Shown in pieces: positions 7,824 through 19,687 of a DNA stretch of 30,715 bases. Position 1 is the stretch's first letter; each line of letters opens with the position of its first letter. The DNA comes from an uncultured Akkermansia sp. (GTDB lineage Bacteria > Verrucomicrobiota > Verrucomicrobiia > Limisphaerales > BJHT01). The position numbers and the translations under genes were made by a program. Below the pieces are notes generated by a model that worked only from the letters and a program-made list of their open reading frames with translations, had not been told where the DNA came from and ran no database searches. The DNA lies in assembly GCA_964623105.1 (NCBI GenBank), contig CAZUUP010000006.1, positions 1 through 30,715 of the forward strand, in the 5' to 3' direction.

Positions 7824-7941
7824 CACCCGGGTTGGATGCTCCGCTCGTTTTCCACTCAAGCTCCAAACGCCGCGCTCCGGGCGGCGTTGCCGGGGCTCGC
7901 ACGTTTCCCGATTCGGAGTTCGGGTTGAACCCATCGGCATC

Positions 7942-9306
7942 ATGACCACTCGGCCACGCGATCATCTCACGCCCGCGCCCAGCCGCGCGCGGCGGCCGCG
8001 CGTGCTGCTCGTCGCGGAGTCCGCCAACCCGACTCTGACGAGCGTGGCGTTGATCGGCTGGAGCCTGAGCCGGGCGCTGGCGAAGGTGGCGGACGTGCAT
8101 CTCGTGGCCGAAGCGCGCAATCAGCGCGACATCGCCGCCGCTGGCACGGACGGCATGCAATTCACCCCGATCGACAATCATCGTTGGGAACACGCCGCGT
8201 GGCGGATCGGCAAATTCCTGCGCGGAGGCACGGCGCTCGGCTGGACCACGGCGTCCGCGCTGGCGACGCTTGCCTATCCCGCGTTCGAGCGCCGCGTGTG
8301 GCGGCACTTCGGCCCGGCGATCCCGCGGGGCGACTACGACGTGGTCCACCGTGTCGCGCCTAATTCGCCCGCCACCCCGAGCCTGCTCGCCGGCCGCTGT
8401 GCGCGGGCCGGCGTGCCGTTCGTCCTCGGGCCGTTGAACGGTGGCGTGCCGTGGCCCGCCGAGTTCGCCCACCTCCGCCGCGCCGAGCGCGAATGGCTCA
8501 GCCCGTTGCGGGCGTGTCACCGCCTGCTGCCCGGCTTTCACGCAACGCGCCGCAACGCCGCCGCCGTGCTCGTCGGGGCGCGTTTCGCCTGGGACGAAAT
8601 GCCCGCGCGCTACCGCGACAAGTGCATTTTCCTCCCGGAAAATGCGCTCGCTCCCGAACGTTTCCCGCGTCGCGAACGCGCACCCTTCTGCGCGCCGTTG
8701 CGCGTCGCCTTTGTCGGCCGCCTCGTGCCGCTCAAGGGAGTGGACATGCTCCTCGAGGCCGCCGCGCCGCTGATCCGCGCCGGACGTCTGCGGCTCGACA
8801 TCATCGGTGACGGCCCGGAGCTGCCGTCGTTGCGCGGACAGGCCGATCGCCTCGGCATCAGCGACGGCGTTGATTTTCCGGGCTGGATCGAGCACGCGCG
8901 GCTGGCGGAGCGCCTGGGGCGGGCGCACATCTTCGGTTTTCCGAGTGTGCGCGAGTTTGGCGGCGGAGCGGTCCTCGAGGCCATGGCGCTGGGTCTGGTG
9001 CCGCTGGTGCTCGACTACGGCGGCCCGGCCGAACTCATCCCGCCGGGCACCGGTTTCACCGTGCCGATGGGCACCCGCGCGGACATCATCCGGGGACTGG
9101 CCGGACACCTCGAGCGAGTTGCCGCGTGCCCCGGCGATCTTGCCTCAATGGGCTGCCGGGCGCAGCATCACGCCTTGAACAATTTTACGTGGGACGCCCA
9201 GGCGCGGCGGATGGTGGACGTGTACGAATGGACCCTGGGCCGCCGGGATTCCAAGCCCGACTGGGGCAGGCCCTTTGGCTTCGGCGCGCCCGCAGGCTCC
9301 AACTGA
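7942..9306 (+). CDS. Glycosyltransferase family 4 (454 aa)
   Basis: RVLLVAESANP, AFVGRLVPLKGVDMLLEA and the E-x7-E motif REFGGGAVLEAM. Confidence 0.92.
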   Translation: MTTRPRDHLTPAPSRARRPRVLLVAESANPTLTSVALIGWSLSRALAKVADVHLVAEARNQRDIAAAGTDGMQFTPIDNHRWEHAAWRIGKFLRGGTALGWTTASALATLAYPAFERRVWRHFGPAIPRGDYDVVHRVAPNSPATPSLLAGRCARAGVPFVLGPLNGGVPWPAEFAHLRRAEREWLSPLRACHRLLPGFHATRRNAAAVLVGARFAWDEMPARYRDKCIFLPENALAPERFPRRERAPFCAPLRVAFVGRLVPLKGVDMLLEAAAPLIRAGRLRLDIIGDGPELPSLRGQADRLGISDGVDFPGWIEHARLAERLGRAHIFGFPSVREFGGGAVLEAMALGLVPLVLDYGGPAELIPPGTGFTVPMGTRADIIRGLAGHLERVAACPGDLASMGCRAQHHALNNFTWDAQARRMVDVYEWTLGRRDSKPDWGRPFGFGAPAGSN

Positions 9307-9381
9307 TCCGTTTCCAATCAACTCAAGCTGTGGCATAAACCTTTGCCGTCACGGTCAACCAACCTCAACCCGGATACCCCT

Positions 9382-9938
9382 ATGTATGGAATGGTGAACA
9401 AAGCAATCGAAGACATGGTTTGCGCCAATCATGGCGAAGCCGTGTGGGAACAGATCAAGGCCGAAGCCGGCGTGGACGTGGATGTCTTCATGAGCAACGA
9501 AGGCTACCCGGACGAGATCACCTACCAGCTCGTCGGCGCCGCCAGCAAAATTCTCAAGCTCCCCGCCGACGCCATCCTCGAGTCCTTCGGCGAACACTGG
9601 GTGCTGCACACCGCGCAGGAAGGCTACGGCGGATTGATGCAGGCCGCCGGCAAATCGCTGCCCGAGTTTCTCGCCAACCTGCCCAACTTCCACTCGCGCG
9701 TGGCGATGATCTTTCCCAAGCTGCAGCCGCCGCGTTTTCAATGCACCGACGTGACCGCCTCGTCGCTCCGGCTCCATTACTTCACCCACCGGCCCGCCCT
9801 GACGCCCTTCGTCGTCGGGTTGATGAAAGGCCTGGGCCGGATGTTTAAGACCCCCGTCTCGGTGCGCCTCGCCGTGCCAAAAGGAGCCGGTGCCGACCAC
9901 GACATCTTCGACGTGACGTGGACGAATGCTCCGGCCGC

Positions 9939-9942
<4 letters not shown>
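9382..9942 (+). CDS. hnoX: H-NOX (heme NO/O2-binding) protein (186 aa)
   Basis: MYGMVNKAI N-terminus, FGEHW, proximal His104 (NFH), PPRF proline and Y-x-T-x-R (Y133/T135/R137). Closely resembles the Nostoc and sGC-beta1 type H-NOX. Confidence 0.95.
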
Positions 9943-12922
<2,980 letters not shown>

Positions 12923-12926
<4 letters not shown>

Positions 12927-13309
12927 ACCGACCCAAAATCGTCCTTATCGAGGATCATCCCCTGAATCGGGAGCTCGTCATCGATTGCCTCGAATCGGTC
13001 GGCTACGATGTCCTCGCCGCCAACACCGCCGCGACCGGCATCCGGATGGTCGAACAGGAACAGCCCGCGATCGTGTTGATGGACATCTCCCTGCCGGACA
13101 TGGACGGCCTGACCGCCACCCGTCGGCTCAAGGAAAACCCCGCCACGCGCCACATCCCCGTCATCGCGGTCACCGCTCACGCCATGCGCAGCGACGCCGA
13201 ACGCATCCGCGACGCCGGCTGCGACGCCCAGCTCACCAAGCCCATCGACATCCGCGCGCTCCGCGAACTCGTGGCGCGACTCCTCCACCCCGGTCCCCCG
13301 CCACAATGA
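12923..13309 (+). CDS. Single-domain response regulator (DivK/CheY-like, 128 aa)
   Basis: LIEDH, LMDISLPDMDG, VTAHA and TKP. ATGA overlap. Confidence 0.93.
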
Positions 13310-15282
13310 AATCGCCTCCGGATTCTCCTCCCACCTCCGCCGGACGTATCTTGGTCGTCGATGACGAGCCCTTCAATCGCGACATCCTCCGCGACGCCCT
13401 CGCCGATCACGGCTACGAAGTGGTCGAGGCCGAGAATGGCGCCGAGGCCATCAAGCAGGTCGCAGCCCACGCCCCCGACGTCATCCTGCTGGACATCATG
13501 ATGCCCGTGATGGACGGCCTCAGCGCCTGTCGCCAGCTCAAGGCCGCTCCCGCCACCGCCGCCATTCCGATCGTCGTCATAACCGCATTGCACGAACGCG
13601 AACCCCGGCTCGAGGCCATCGCCGCGGGAGCGGACGATTACCTCACCAAGCCCGTGGATCTCCCGGAGGTGCTCCTGCGCGTCCGCAACGCCGTCCGCTC
13701 CCGGCGCCTCTATCTCGAACTCCAGGCCAGCTACCAGCGCCTCCAGCAACTCGAGGAACTCCGCGACAACCTCACGCACATGATCGTGCACGACATGCGC
13801 GCGCCGCTCTCCGCCATGATCGGTTTCCTCAACCTCCTCCGCACCGGCGTCGGCCCCCGGCTTTCGCCTCCGGAAAAATCCGCTCTCGACACCGTCACGT
13901 CTTCTGCCAGCCGGCTCGCCGACATGGTCACCACCATGCTCGACGTCAGCCGCCTCGAGTCGGGCGCCATGCCCCTCCACCCCGAATCGTGCGACCTGCG
14001 CGCGGTCGCCGCCGCCGGCCTCGACCCGCTGGGACCGCTGGTGGCCGACCGCCGGATCCTCGTGCTCGCCTCCGGACCTGTCACCGCCCGCTGCGATCGC
14101 GAATTGATCCGCCGCGTCATCTCCAATCTCCTCGGCAACGCCCTCAAGTTCGCACCCCCGAAAACCGACATCCGCATCATCCTCGACCATCGCGCCGACC
14201 GCGTCCGCGTCGAGGTGATCGATGCCGGCCCGGGCATCGCGCCCGAAAATCAGGAAAAGATTTTCTCGAAATTCGGCCAGGTCACCGGCCCGAAGCAGGG
14301 AATGGGCAGCGGGCTTGGCCTCACGTTTTGCAAACTCGCCGTCGAAGCGCACGGCGGCCGCATCGGGGTCAGCAGCGAACCCGGCCGGGGCGCAACCTTC
14401 TGGTTCGAACTCGACTCCGCGCCATCCACTCCAGCCCCGCCTCCCGCGAATGCCCCGCCCTCCCCTCTCGCGCCCACAGCCCCGCCCGCAGCCGACCGGC
14501 CCGCACCCGCTCCTCCGGGCCGCACACTGCGCATCCTCGCCGCCGAAGACGACGATGCGAACCGCCGGCTGACCAAAGTCCTCCTCGAAAGCCTCGGACA
14601 CCACGTCACCGCCGTCGCCGACGGGGCCCAAGCCGTCGCCGCCTGGGCACCGGGAAAATTCGACGCCCTGGTGACCGACTGCGAAATGCCCGCGATGGAC
14701 GGCTTCGAAACGACCCGGCAAATCCGCCAGCGCGAAGCCGCCCTCGGCATCCCCGCCCCGCAGCGCCTCCGCATCCTGGCCGCCACGGCCAATCCCGCTC
14801 CGGACATGCCGCAGCGTTGCCGCGCCGCGGGCATGGACGATTTTCTCGCCAAGCCGCTTACCGCCCAGGGACTGCACCACGCGCTCTCCCAGGCCCCCGG
14901 CCTGCCACCCACCACGCCACCGCGCCCCCCGTGCGACTTCGACCCGCAGCGTCCCGCCCAGCTCTGCGCGGAACTCGGCGCGGAATCGGGCCACATGATC
15001 ATCGGTGATTTCCTCCGCGACCTTCCCGCCGCCCTCGCGGAAATCCGTGCCGCCTTCGTCGCCGGACGCGGCCAGGATCTCGCGCGCCACGCCCATTCAC
15101 TTCAAGGCATCAGCCGTTCCCTCGGCCTCGATGGATTCTCAGAATGTCTGCTGGGTCTCGAACTGGCCGCCGGCCAGAGCGACCTCGCCGCAGCCGTTCC
15201 GCCCCACCTCGAAGCGCTGGCCCTCTCCGCCGAAAAATCCACCGCCGCCCTGTCCGACTGGCTCACGTCCAATCGCCCGTGA
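13306..15282 (+). CDS. Hybrid kinase REC-HisKA-HATPase-REC-HPt (658 aa)
   Basis: VVDDE/LLDIMMP, H-box HDMRAPL, NLLGNALKF, DAGPGI, GSGLGL, a second REC (AEDD/TDCEMP) and HPt AHSLQGISRSLG. Confidence 0.92.
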   Translation: MKSPPDSPPTSAGRILVVDDEPFNRDILRDALADHGYEVVEAENGAEAIKQVAAHAPDVILLDIMMPVMDGLSACRQLKAAPATAAIPIVVITALHEREPRLEAIAAGADDYLTKPVDLPEVLLRVRNAVRSRRLYLELQASYQRLQQLEELRDNLTHMIVHDMRAPLSAMIGFLNLLRTGVGPRLSPPEKSALDTVTSSASRLADMVTTMLDVSRLESGAMPLHPESCDLRAVAAAGLDPLGPLVADRRILVLASGPVTARCDRELIRRVISNLLGNALKFAPPKTDIRIILDHRADRVRVEVIDAGPGIAPENQEKIFSKFGQVTGPKQGMGSGLGLTFCKLAVEAHGGRIGVSSEPGRGATFWFELDSAPSTPAPPPANAPPSPLAPTAPPAADRPAPAPPGRTLRILAAEDDDANRRLTKVLLESLGHHVTAVADGAQAVAAWAPGKFDALVTDCEMPAMDGFETTRQIRQREAALGIPAPQRLRILAATANPAPDMPQRCRAAGMDDFLAKPLTAQGLHHALSQAPGLPPTTPPRPPCDFDPQRPAQLCAELGAESGHMIIGDFLRDLPAALAEIRAAFVAGRGQDLARHAHSLQGISRSLGLDGFSECLLGLELAAGQSDLAAAVPPHLEALALSAEKSTAALSDWLTSNRP

Positions 15283-15303
15283 AATCCGCCGCCCGTCGCT
15301 GAC

Positions 15304-15326
15304 ACGCCATTCGCGCGATGGCGTTT
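15304..15326 (+). terminator. Possible weak intrinsic terminator after the two-component operon
   Basis: ACGCCAT-N7-ATGGCGT hairpin, followed by only a short T run. Confidence 0.25.
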
Positions 15327-15417
15327 GCCCGCCGGACCCCACGCTGCGTTAACCCGGCGCGAAGACGTCAGCGGGCGACGCAACGGATTCTTTCGGGCAA
15401 CCCTCCCGCGCCGCCGC

Positions 15418-15433
15418 TGGCACGCCGATTGCA
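15418..15433 (+). promoter_or_regulatory. Sigma54 promoter of the GT4/priming-transferase operon
   Basis: TGGCACG-CCGA-TTGCA is a near-perfect consensus with GG-N10-GC spacing, 36 nt before the 15470 ATG. Confidence 0.88.
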
Positions 15434-15469
15434 TACTCCATCACAGCCGCCACGGAGCGGCCCAATGTT

Positions 15470-16669
15470 ATGGAGATACTTTACGTTCACGAACGATTCG
15501 GGGCGCTGGCCGGCGCGGAGGCCAACGCGCACATCACCGCGACAGAACTGGCCGCCCGCGGCCACACGCTCGGCATCCTGCACGGCCCGTCCACCGGGAA
15601 AAACGAGGCCGCCTGGAACGCCACATTCTCCCGGCGGTTTGCACTGCAACGCGATTGCAATGCAACGATTGCACAGGAGGCCGTGCAACGATTCCAACCC
15701 GACGTCATCTACGTCCACAAGATGGCGGACCTCGAGGTCATCGACGCGCTGGTCGCCACCGGGGTGCCCCTGGTGCGGATGGTGCATGACCACGACATCT
15801 ACTGCATGCGCAGCTACAAGTATGACTACTTCAGCCGCGAAATCTGCACCCGGCCGGCCGGCCCGCACTGCGTCGTCTCGTGTCTTGCCTGCGTGGCGCG
15901 GAACCACGACGGCCCGCTGCCGCTCAAGTGGGTGAGCTACTCCGGCAAGCAGCGCGAGATCGCGCTCAACCGCCGGTTCGACCGCATGGTGGTCGTCACG
16001 CCCTACATGCGCGACGAGCTTCTCCGCAACGGCTTTGATCCCCGGCGCATCGAAATCCAGGCCCCGGTCCCGCGCCCGGGCGACCCCGGTTTGCGCAGCA
16101 CTTTCAGCGACCGGAATCTCATCCTCTACGCCGGCCAGATCATCCGCGGCAAAGGCGTCGATGTGCTCTTGGAATCCCTCGCGCTGCTCGATGCCCCCTT
16201 CGAGTGCATCATCCTCGGGGACGGCAATCACCGCCGGCACTGCGAAGCGCTCAGCCGCCGGCTCGGCCTTGCGGACCGCGTCTCTTTCAAAGGCTTCGTG
16301 CCGCAGGACGAACTCAAGCGCTACTACCGCGAAGCGTCCGTGGTCGCGGTCAGTTCCGTCTGGCCCGAACCCATCGCCACCATCGGGCTTGAAGTCATGC
16401 GCTACGCCCTGCCCGTGGTGGCCTTCGACGCCGGCGGCATCTCCGACTGGCTCGCCGACGGCCGCAACGGCTTCCTCGTCCCCTGGATGGATCGCCCCGC
16501 ATACGCGGCCCGCCTGAAGCAACTCCTGACCGACAAACGCCTCGCCCGCGAGATGGGCCAGGAAGGACTCCGCATCGCGACCGGGCGCTACGACTTCGAC
16601 CGCTACATCAGCAGCCTCGAATCGATTTTTGACCGCGTCATCCGGGAAAAAGCCGCCGCGCAAAACTGA
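15470..16669 (+). CDS. Glycosyltransferase family 4 (399 aa)
   Basis: GALAGAE, HDHDIYC, YAGQIIRGKGVD and E-x7-E in WPEPIATIGLEVM. GGAG RBS. Confidence 0.92.
   Translation: MEILYVHERFGALAGAEANAHITATELAARGHTLGILHGPSTGKNEAAWNATFSRRFALQRDCNATIAQEAVQRFQPDVIYVHKMADLEVIDALVATGVPLVRMVHDHDIYCMRSYKYDYFSREICTRPAGPHCVVSCLACVARNHDGPLPLKWVSYSGKQREIALNRRFDRMVVVTPYMRDELLRNGFDPRRIEIQAPVPRPGDPGLRSTFSDRNLILYAGQIIRGKGVDVLLESLALLDAPFECIILGDGNHRRHCEALSRRLGLADRVSFKGFVPQDELKRYYREASVVAVSSVWPEPIATIGLEVMRYALPVVAFDAGGISDWLADGRNGFLVPWMDRPAYAARLKQLLTDKRLAREMGQEGLRIATGRYDFDRYISSLESIFDRVIREKAAAQN
15639..15673. promoter_or_regulatory. Intragenic tandem TTGCA-N-TGCAA palindromes (candidate downstream enhancer)
   Basis: TTGCA-C-TGCAA (15639) and TTGCA-A-TGCAA (15655) are 16 bp apart, with an extra TTGCA at 15669. 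Confidence 0.5.
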
Positions 16670-16723
16670 TCGCGCGCCGCCAGCCGACGAACCGAATTTC
16701 CGCAACCTCCGCTCCCCGCATCC

Positions 16724-17476
16724 ATGAACGAGGAACAATTGACCGCCCACTCCGTCCACCGCCTGCTGGCCGCGCAATCGCCGTGGGGCCGTGCCCGCCT
16801 CCGGACCCGCGTGAACTGGCAGCGCCGCCGCTGGCTGCTCGTCGCGCAGGCCACCCTGCGGCTCAAGCGCGCGCTCGACGTCGCCGGCAGCCTGCTCGCA
16901 CTCGCGCTGTTCGCCCCCGTGTTTCTGCTCGTCGCGGCGTGCGTGAAGCTGGACGGCGGCCCCGTTTTGTTCCGGCAAAAACGCGCGGGCTTGAACGGAC
17001 GCGAGTTCCACATGCTCAAGTTCCGCACCATGTGCGTGGACGCCGAAGATCGCCTCCAAGCGCTCTTGAGCCGCAACGAGAAACCGTCCGGCGTCACCTT
17101 CAAACTCAAGGACGATCCCCGCGTCACGCCGGTCGGACGCTGGCTGCGCAAGACGTCGCTGGACGAGCTGCCGCAGTTCTGGAACGTGCTCCGCGGCGAC
17201 ATGTCCCTCGTCGGACCGCGCCCGCCCGTGAGCCGCGAAGTCGCGCTTTATTCGCTGGCCGACCGCCGCCGTCTGCGCGTGAAACCCGGCATCACCTGTC
17301 TGTGGCAGGTCGGCGAGCGCCACGGCGGCCTGCTCGAAATCGGCGACCGCAACGCCATCGATTTCCCCGAGCAGGTCGATCTCGACGTGCGTTACATCGA
17401 GAGCCAGTCGCTTGGAAAAGACCTGTGGCTGCTGGCCAAAACCGTCCCCGCGATCCTCTTCGGCAAGGGCGCCTGA
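16724..17476 (+). CDS. Priming sugar transferase (small phosphoglycosyl transferase, WcaJ/PglC-like; 250 aa)
   Basis: KRALDV plus a membrane helix, GPVLFRQKR, KFRTM, LDELPQFWNVLRGDMSLVGPRP and KPGITCLWQV. Confidence 0.95.
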   Translation: MNEEQLTAHSVHRLLAAQSPWGRARLRTRVNWQRRRWLLVAQATLRLKRALDVAGSLLALALFAPVFLLVAACVKLDGGPVLFRQKRAGLNGREFHMLKFRTMCVDAEDRLQALLSRNEKPSGVTFKLKDDPRVTPVGRWLRKTSLDELPQFWNVLRGDMSLVGPRPPVSREVALYSLADRRRLRVKPGITCLWQVGERHGGLLEIGDRNAIDFPEQVDLDVRYIESQSLGKDLWLLAKTVPAILFGKGA

Positions 17477-17480
17477 ACTC

Positions 17481-18305
17481 ATGAACATCATCCTCCACTG
17501 TCCCTCGCACGCGGCCCCGGTCCCCGCGCTGACCCGCCGCTTTCCGCTCGCCCTCACTCCGTTGTTGGGCGCCACGGTCATCGAGCACGCCCTGGCTGCT
17601 CTCGCCGCGGAGGGCGTCCGCCGCATCCGCCTTACGGCGACGCAATCGGTCGCGGAAATCCGCGCGGTCGTCGGCCGCGGCGAAGCCTGGGGCGTGGATA
17701 TCGAAGTCACCACGCCCACCGCATCGGGGAACGGCCCGCCGCCCGACCGCGTCGTCGCGCTCGAACACCTCCCGCAGCTCCCGCACCTGCCGCTCTGGCG
17801 CAGCTATCGCGATTGGTACGGCGTGCATCAGGAGTTGCTCCCGCTCGCCGCGCGACAACAACTCGCGATGCGCGAGATCGCGCCCGGTGTGTTTGCGTCC
17901 CGCCGTTCGCAGCTCAGCGCGGATGCCCGCCTCGAAGGCCCGTGCTGGATCGGTGCCGGTGTCTTCATCGGTCGCCGCGCCCGGGTCGGCCCCGGCACGG
18001 TCATCGAGGACGGCTGCTACGTGGACGAAGGCGCGGAAATCACCGGCAGCATCATCGGCCCGCGCACGTTCGTCGGCGCTTATGTCGAAGTCCGCGATTC
18101 CTTCGCCTGGGGGGACGAACTGCTCCAGCTTGATACCGGCTCGCTGACGCGCGTCCCCGATCCCTTCCTGCTCGCGGAGTGTCAGGTGCGTCGCCGCTCC
18201 ATCGCCCATTTCCTCGCGCGGCTCGCGTCGCGGACCCGAGCCCCGTGGTCGGGTCCCGAATATCGTTCGCACGCCGCCAGCGAGGCGCCCGCATGTCTCA
18301 ACTAA
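17481..18305 (+). CDS. Degenerate NDP-sugar pyrophosphorylase-like protein with a left-handed beta-helix (274 aa)
   Basis: LTRRFPLALTPLLGATVIEHAL and GEAWGVDIE resemble the nucleotidyltransferase N-terminus. Hexapeptide-like repeats follow (GPCWIGAGVFIGRRARVGPGTVIEDGCYVDEGAEI). Confidence 0.65.
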   Translation: MNIILHCPSHAAPVPALTRRFPLALTPLLGATVIEHALAALAAEGVRRIRLTATQSVAEIRAVVGRGEAWGVDIEVTTPTASGNGPPPDRVVALEHLPQLPHLPLWRSYRDWYGVHQELLPLAARQQLAMREIAPGVFASRRSQLSADARLEGPCWIGAGVFIGRRARVGPGTVIEDGCYVDEGAEITGSIIGPRTFVGAYVEVRDSFAWGDELLQLDTGSLTRVPDPFLLAECQVRRRSIAHFLARLASRTRAPWSGPEYRSHAASEAPACLN

Positions 18306-18351
18306 CCTAACCAACCGACCTCTCCATCCACTCAACCATCCCCTCATCACC

Positions 18352-19230
18352 ATGCCTGCACTCACCCACCAGATCGCCCGCAGCCTCCTGCACCGCTATC
18401 CATTTCCCCGCGGTCAGGGCCGGCTCATCGACTCGACCGGCCTCGGCTCGCTGATGTTTCAGGAACAAATCCTCGAAGTGCCCACCAGCGACGGCTTCTC
18501 GATGCACGTGATGCCCAACGACCTGATCGGACGCCATCTCTACCTGACGGGTCAGTTCGACCGGACGATTCCCGAGGTGCTGCTGCACTTCGCGCGCGAT
18601 GGCGACCGCATCCTCGACATCGGCGCCAACGTCGGCTACGTGAGCTGCGTCCTCCTCGCCCGGCTGCCCGCCTGCCGCGTCGTCTCCGTCGAACCGCTGC
18701 CGCACTGCTTCCAGCTTCTCCAAAAGAATCTCGCCCGCGTGGGCCCCGGTCGCGCGCGCGCCATGAACTTCGCGGTCTCGGATTCCGATTCCCGCGGGAC
18801 CATGATCTGCGTCGCGGGCAACTCCGGGGGCAGCCACCTCCGCGACCTGCCCCCACCCGGCGCGGCCAAGAACTCCGTCGAAGTGAACCTCATCTCCGGC
18901 CCCAAGCTCATGCTCGAATCCCGGCTCGACGGACTGGACCTCGTCAAACTCGACGTCGAAGGCCACGAGGAAACCGTGCTCCGTTCGCTCATCCCCGTGA
19001 TTCAACGCTTCCGACCGCGCGCGATCCTGTTCGAATGCCACGACGCCTGGCGATTGCAGGCCGCGGATTTCCCGCTGCGGCAGGTCTTCGCCAAGACCCG
19101 CTACCGCGTCGCCGGGATTCACAAACGCCTGACCTCGTGGCGGCTCGTTCCCCTCGAGGAACTGGCGGCCCGCGGCCTCAAGGCCCAGGACTATGTCGCA
19201 ACTCCCGAGGAATTCGTGGACGCAGGCTGA
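18352..19230 (+). CDS. FkbM-family SAM-dependent methyltransferase (292 aa)
   Basis: ILDIGANVGY, VEPLP, AVSD and LVKLDVEGHE. Confidence 0.92.
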   Translation: MPALTHQIARSLLHRYPFPRGQGRLIDSTGLGSLMFQEQILEVPTSDGFSMHVMPNDLIGRHLYLTGQFDRTIPEVLLHFARDGDRILDIGANVGYVSCVLLARLPACRVVSVEPLPHCFQLLQKNLARVGPGRARAMNFAVSDSDSRGTMICVAGNSGGSHLRDLPPPGAAKNSVEVNLISGPKLMLESRLDGLDLVKLDVEGHEETVLRSLIPVIQRFRPRAILFECHDAWRLQAADFPLRQVFAKTRYRVAGIHKRLTSWRLVPLEELAARGLKAQDYVATPEEFVDAG

Positions 19231-19378
19231 CCGGCCCCGCCCCGTCCGCACGCGCAATGGAAAACCACAAACGCACCGCATGAACCTTCCGCCACCACGG
19301 CCAACCCGCTCCGCATCGCACGCTTGGCGGCCCCGGAATTTTGCCCCATTGTTTCAGCTCGAACAAACCTGACGACTG

Positions 19379-19681
19379 ATGACCACTTATTTCACGGCCG
19401 ACAAGCTGACCATCGGCGGCCTTGTCGAGCTTAACTCCGCCAACAGCACCGCGGTGCGCGACGACACCCGCGCCGCGCTCCGCGAGAACATCCGCACCCT
19501 CGATGTCGATCTGTCCCAGACCCGCTTCGTGGACAGCAGCGGCCTCGGCGCGCTGATCGCACTCCACAAAACCCTCTGCTCCCGCGGCGGCACCGTGCGC
19601 ATCCTCAACCCCGCACCCCCCGTCCTGCAAATCCTCGAACTCACCCGGCTTCACCGCGTGTTTGAAATCGTCCGCACCTGA
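19379..19681 (+). CDS. STAS-domain protein (anti-anti-sigma / SypA-like, 100 aa)
   Basis: VDLSQTRFVDSSGLGALI carries the phosphorylatable DSSG motif; also ILELTRLHRVF. Confidence 0.92.
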   Translation: MTTYFTADKLTIGGLVELNSANSTAVRDDTRAALRENIRTLDVDLSQTRFVDSSGLGALIALHKTLCSRGGTVRILNPAPPVLQILELTRLHRVFEIVRT

Positions 19682-19687
19682 CCGGTC

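Noticed and set aside
4935-7949. 1004-aa minus-strand ORF, and similar long ORFs at 9777-12902, 13177-15096, 15368-17719, 19178-21823 and 23792-25843
   Set aside because: These are antisense shadows of motif-bearing plus-strand genes in high-GC DNA. They have no recognisable motifs and show typical shadow composition.
9331-9346. Sigma54-like TGGCATAAACCTTTGC upstream of H-NOX
   Set aside because: GG-to-GC spacing is 11, not the strict 10. It is strikingly similar to the 4508 promoter, so a sequence check for a one-base indel is worthwhile, but it is not called.
19349-19366. TTGTT-N8-AACAA inverted repeat before the STAS gene
   Set aside because: The arms are only 5 bp, there is a single occurrence, and there is no matching sigma54 or alternative-sigma promoter. 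Chance cannot be excluded.
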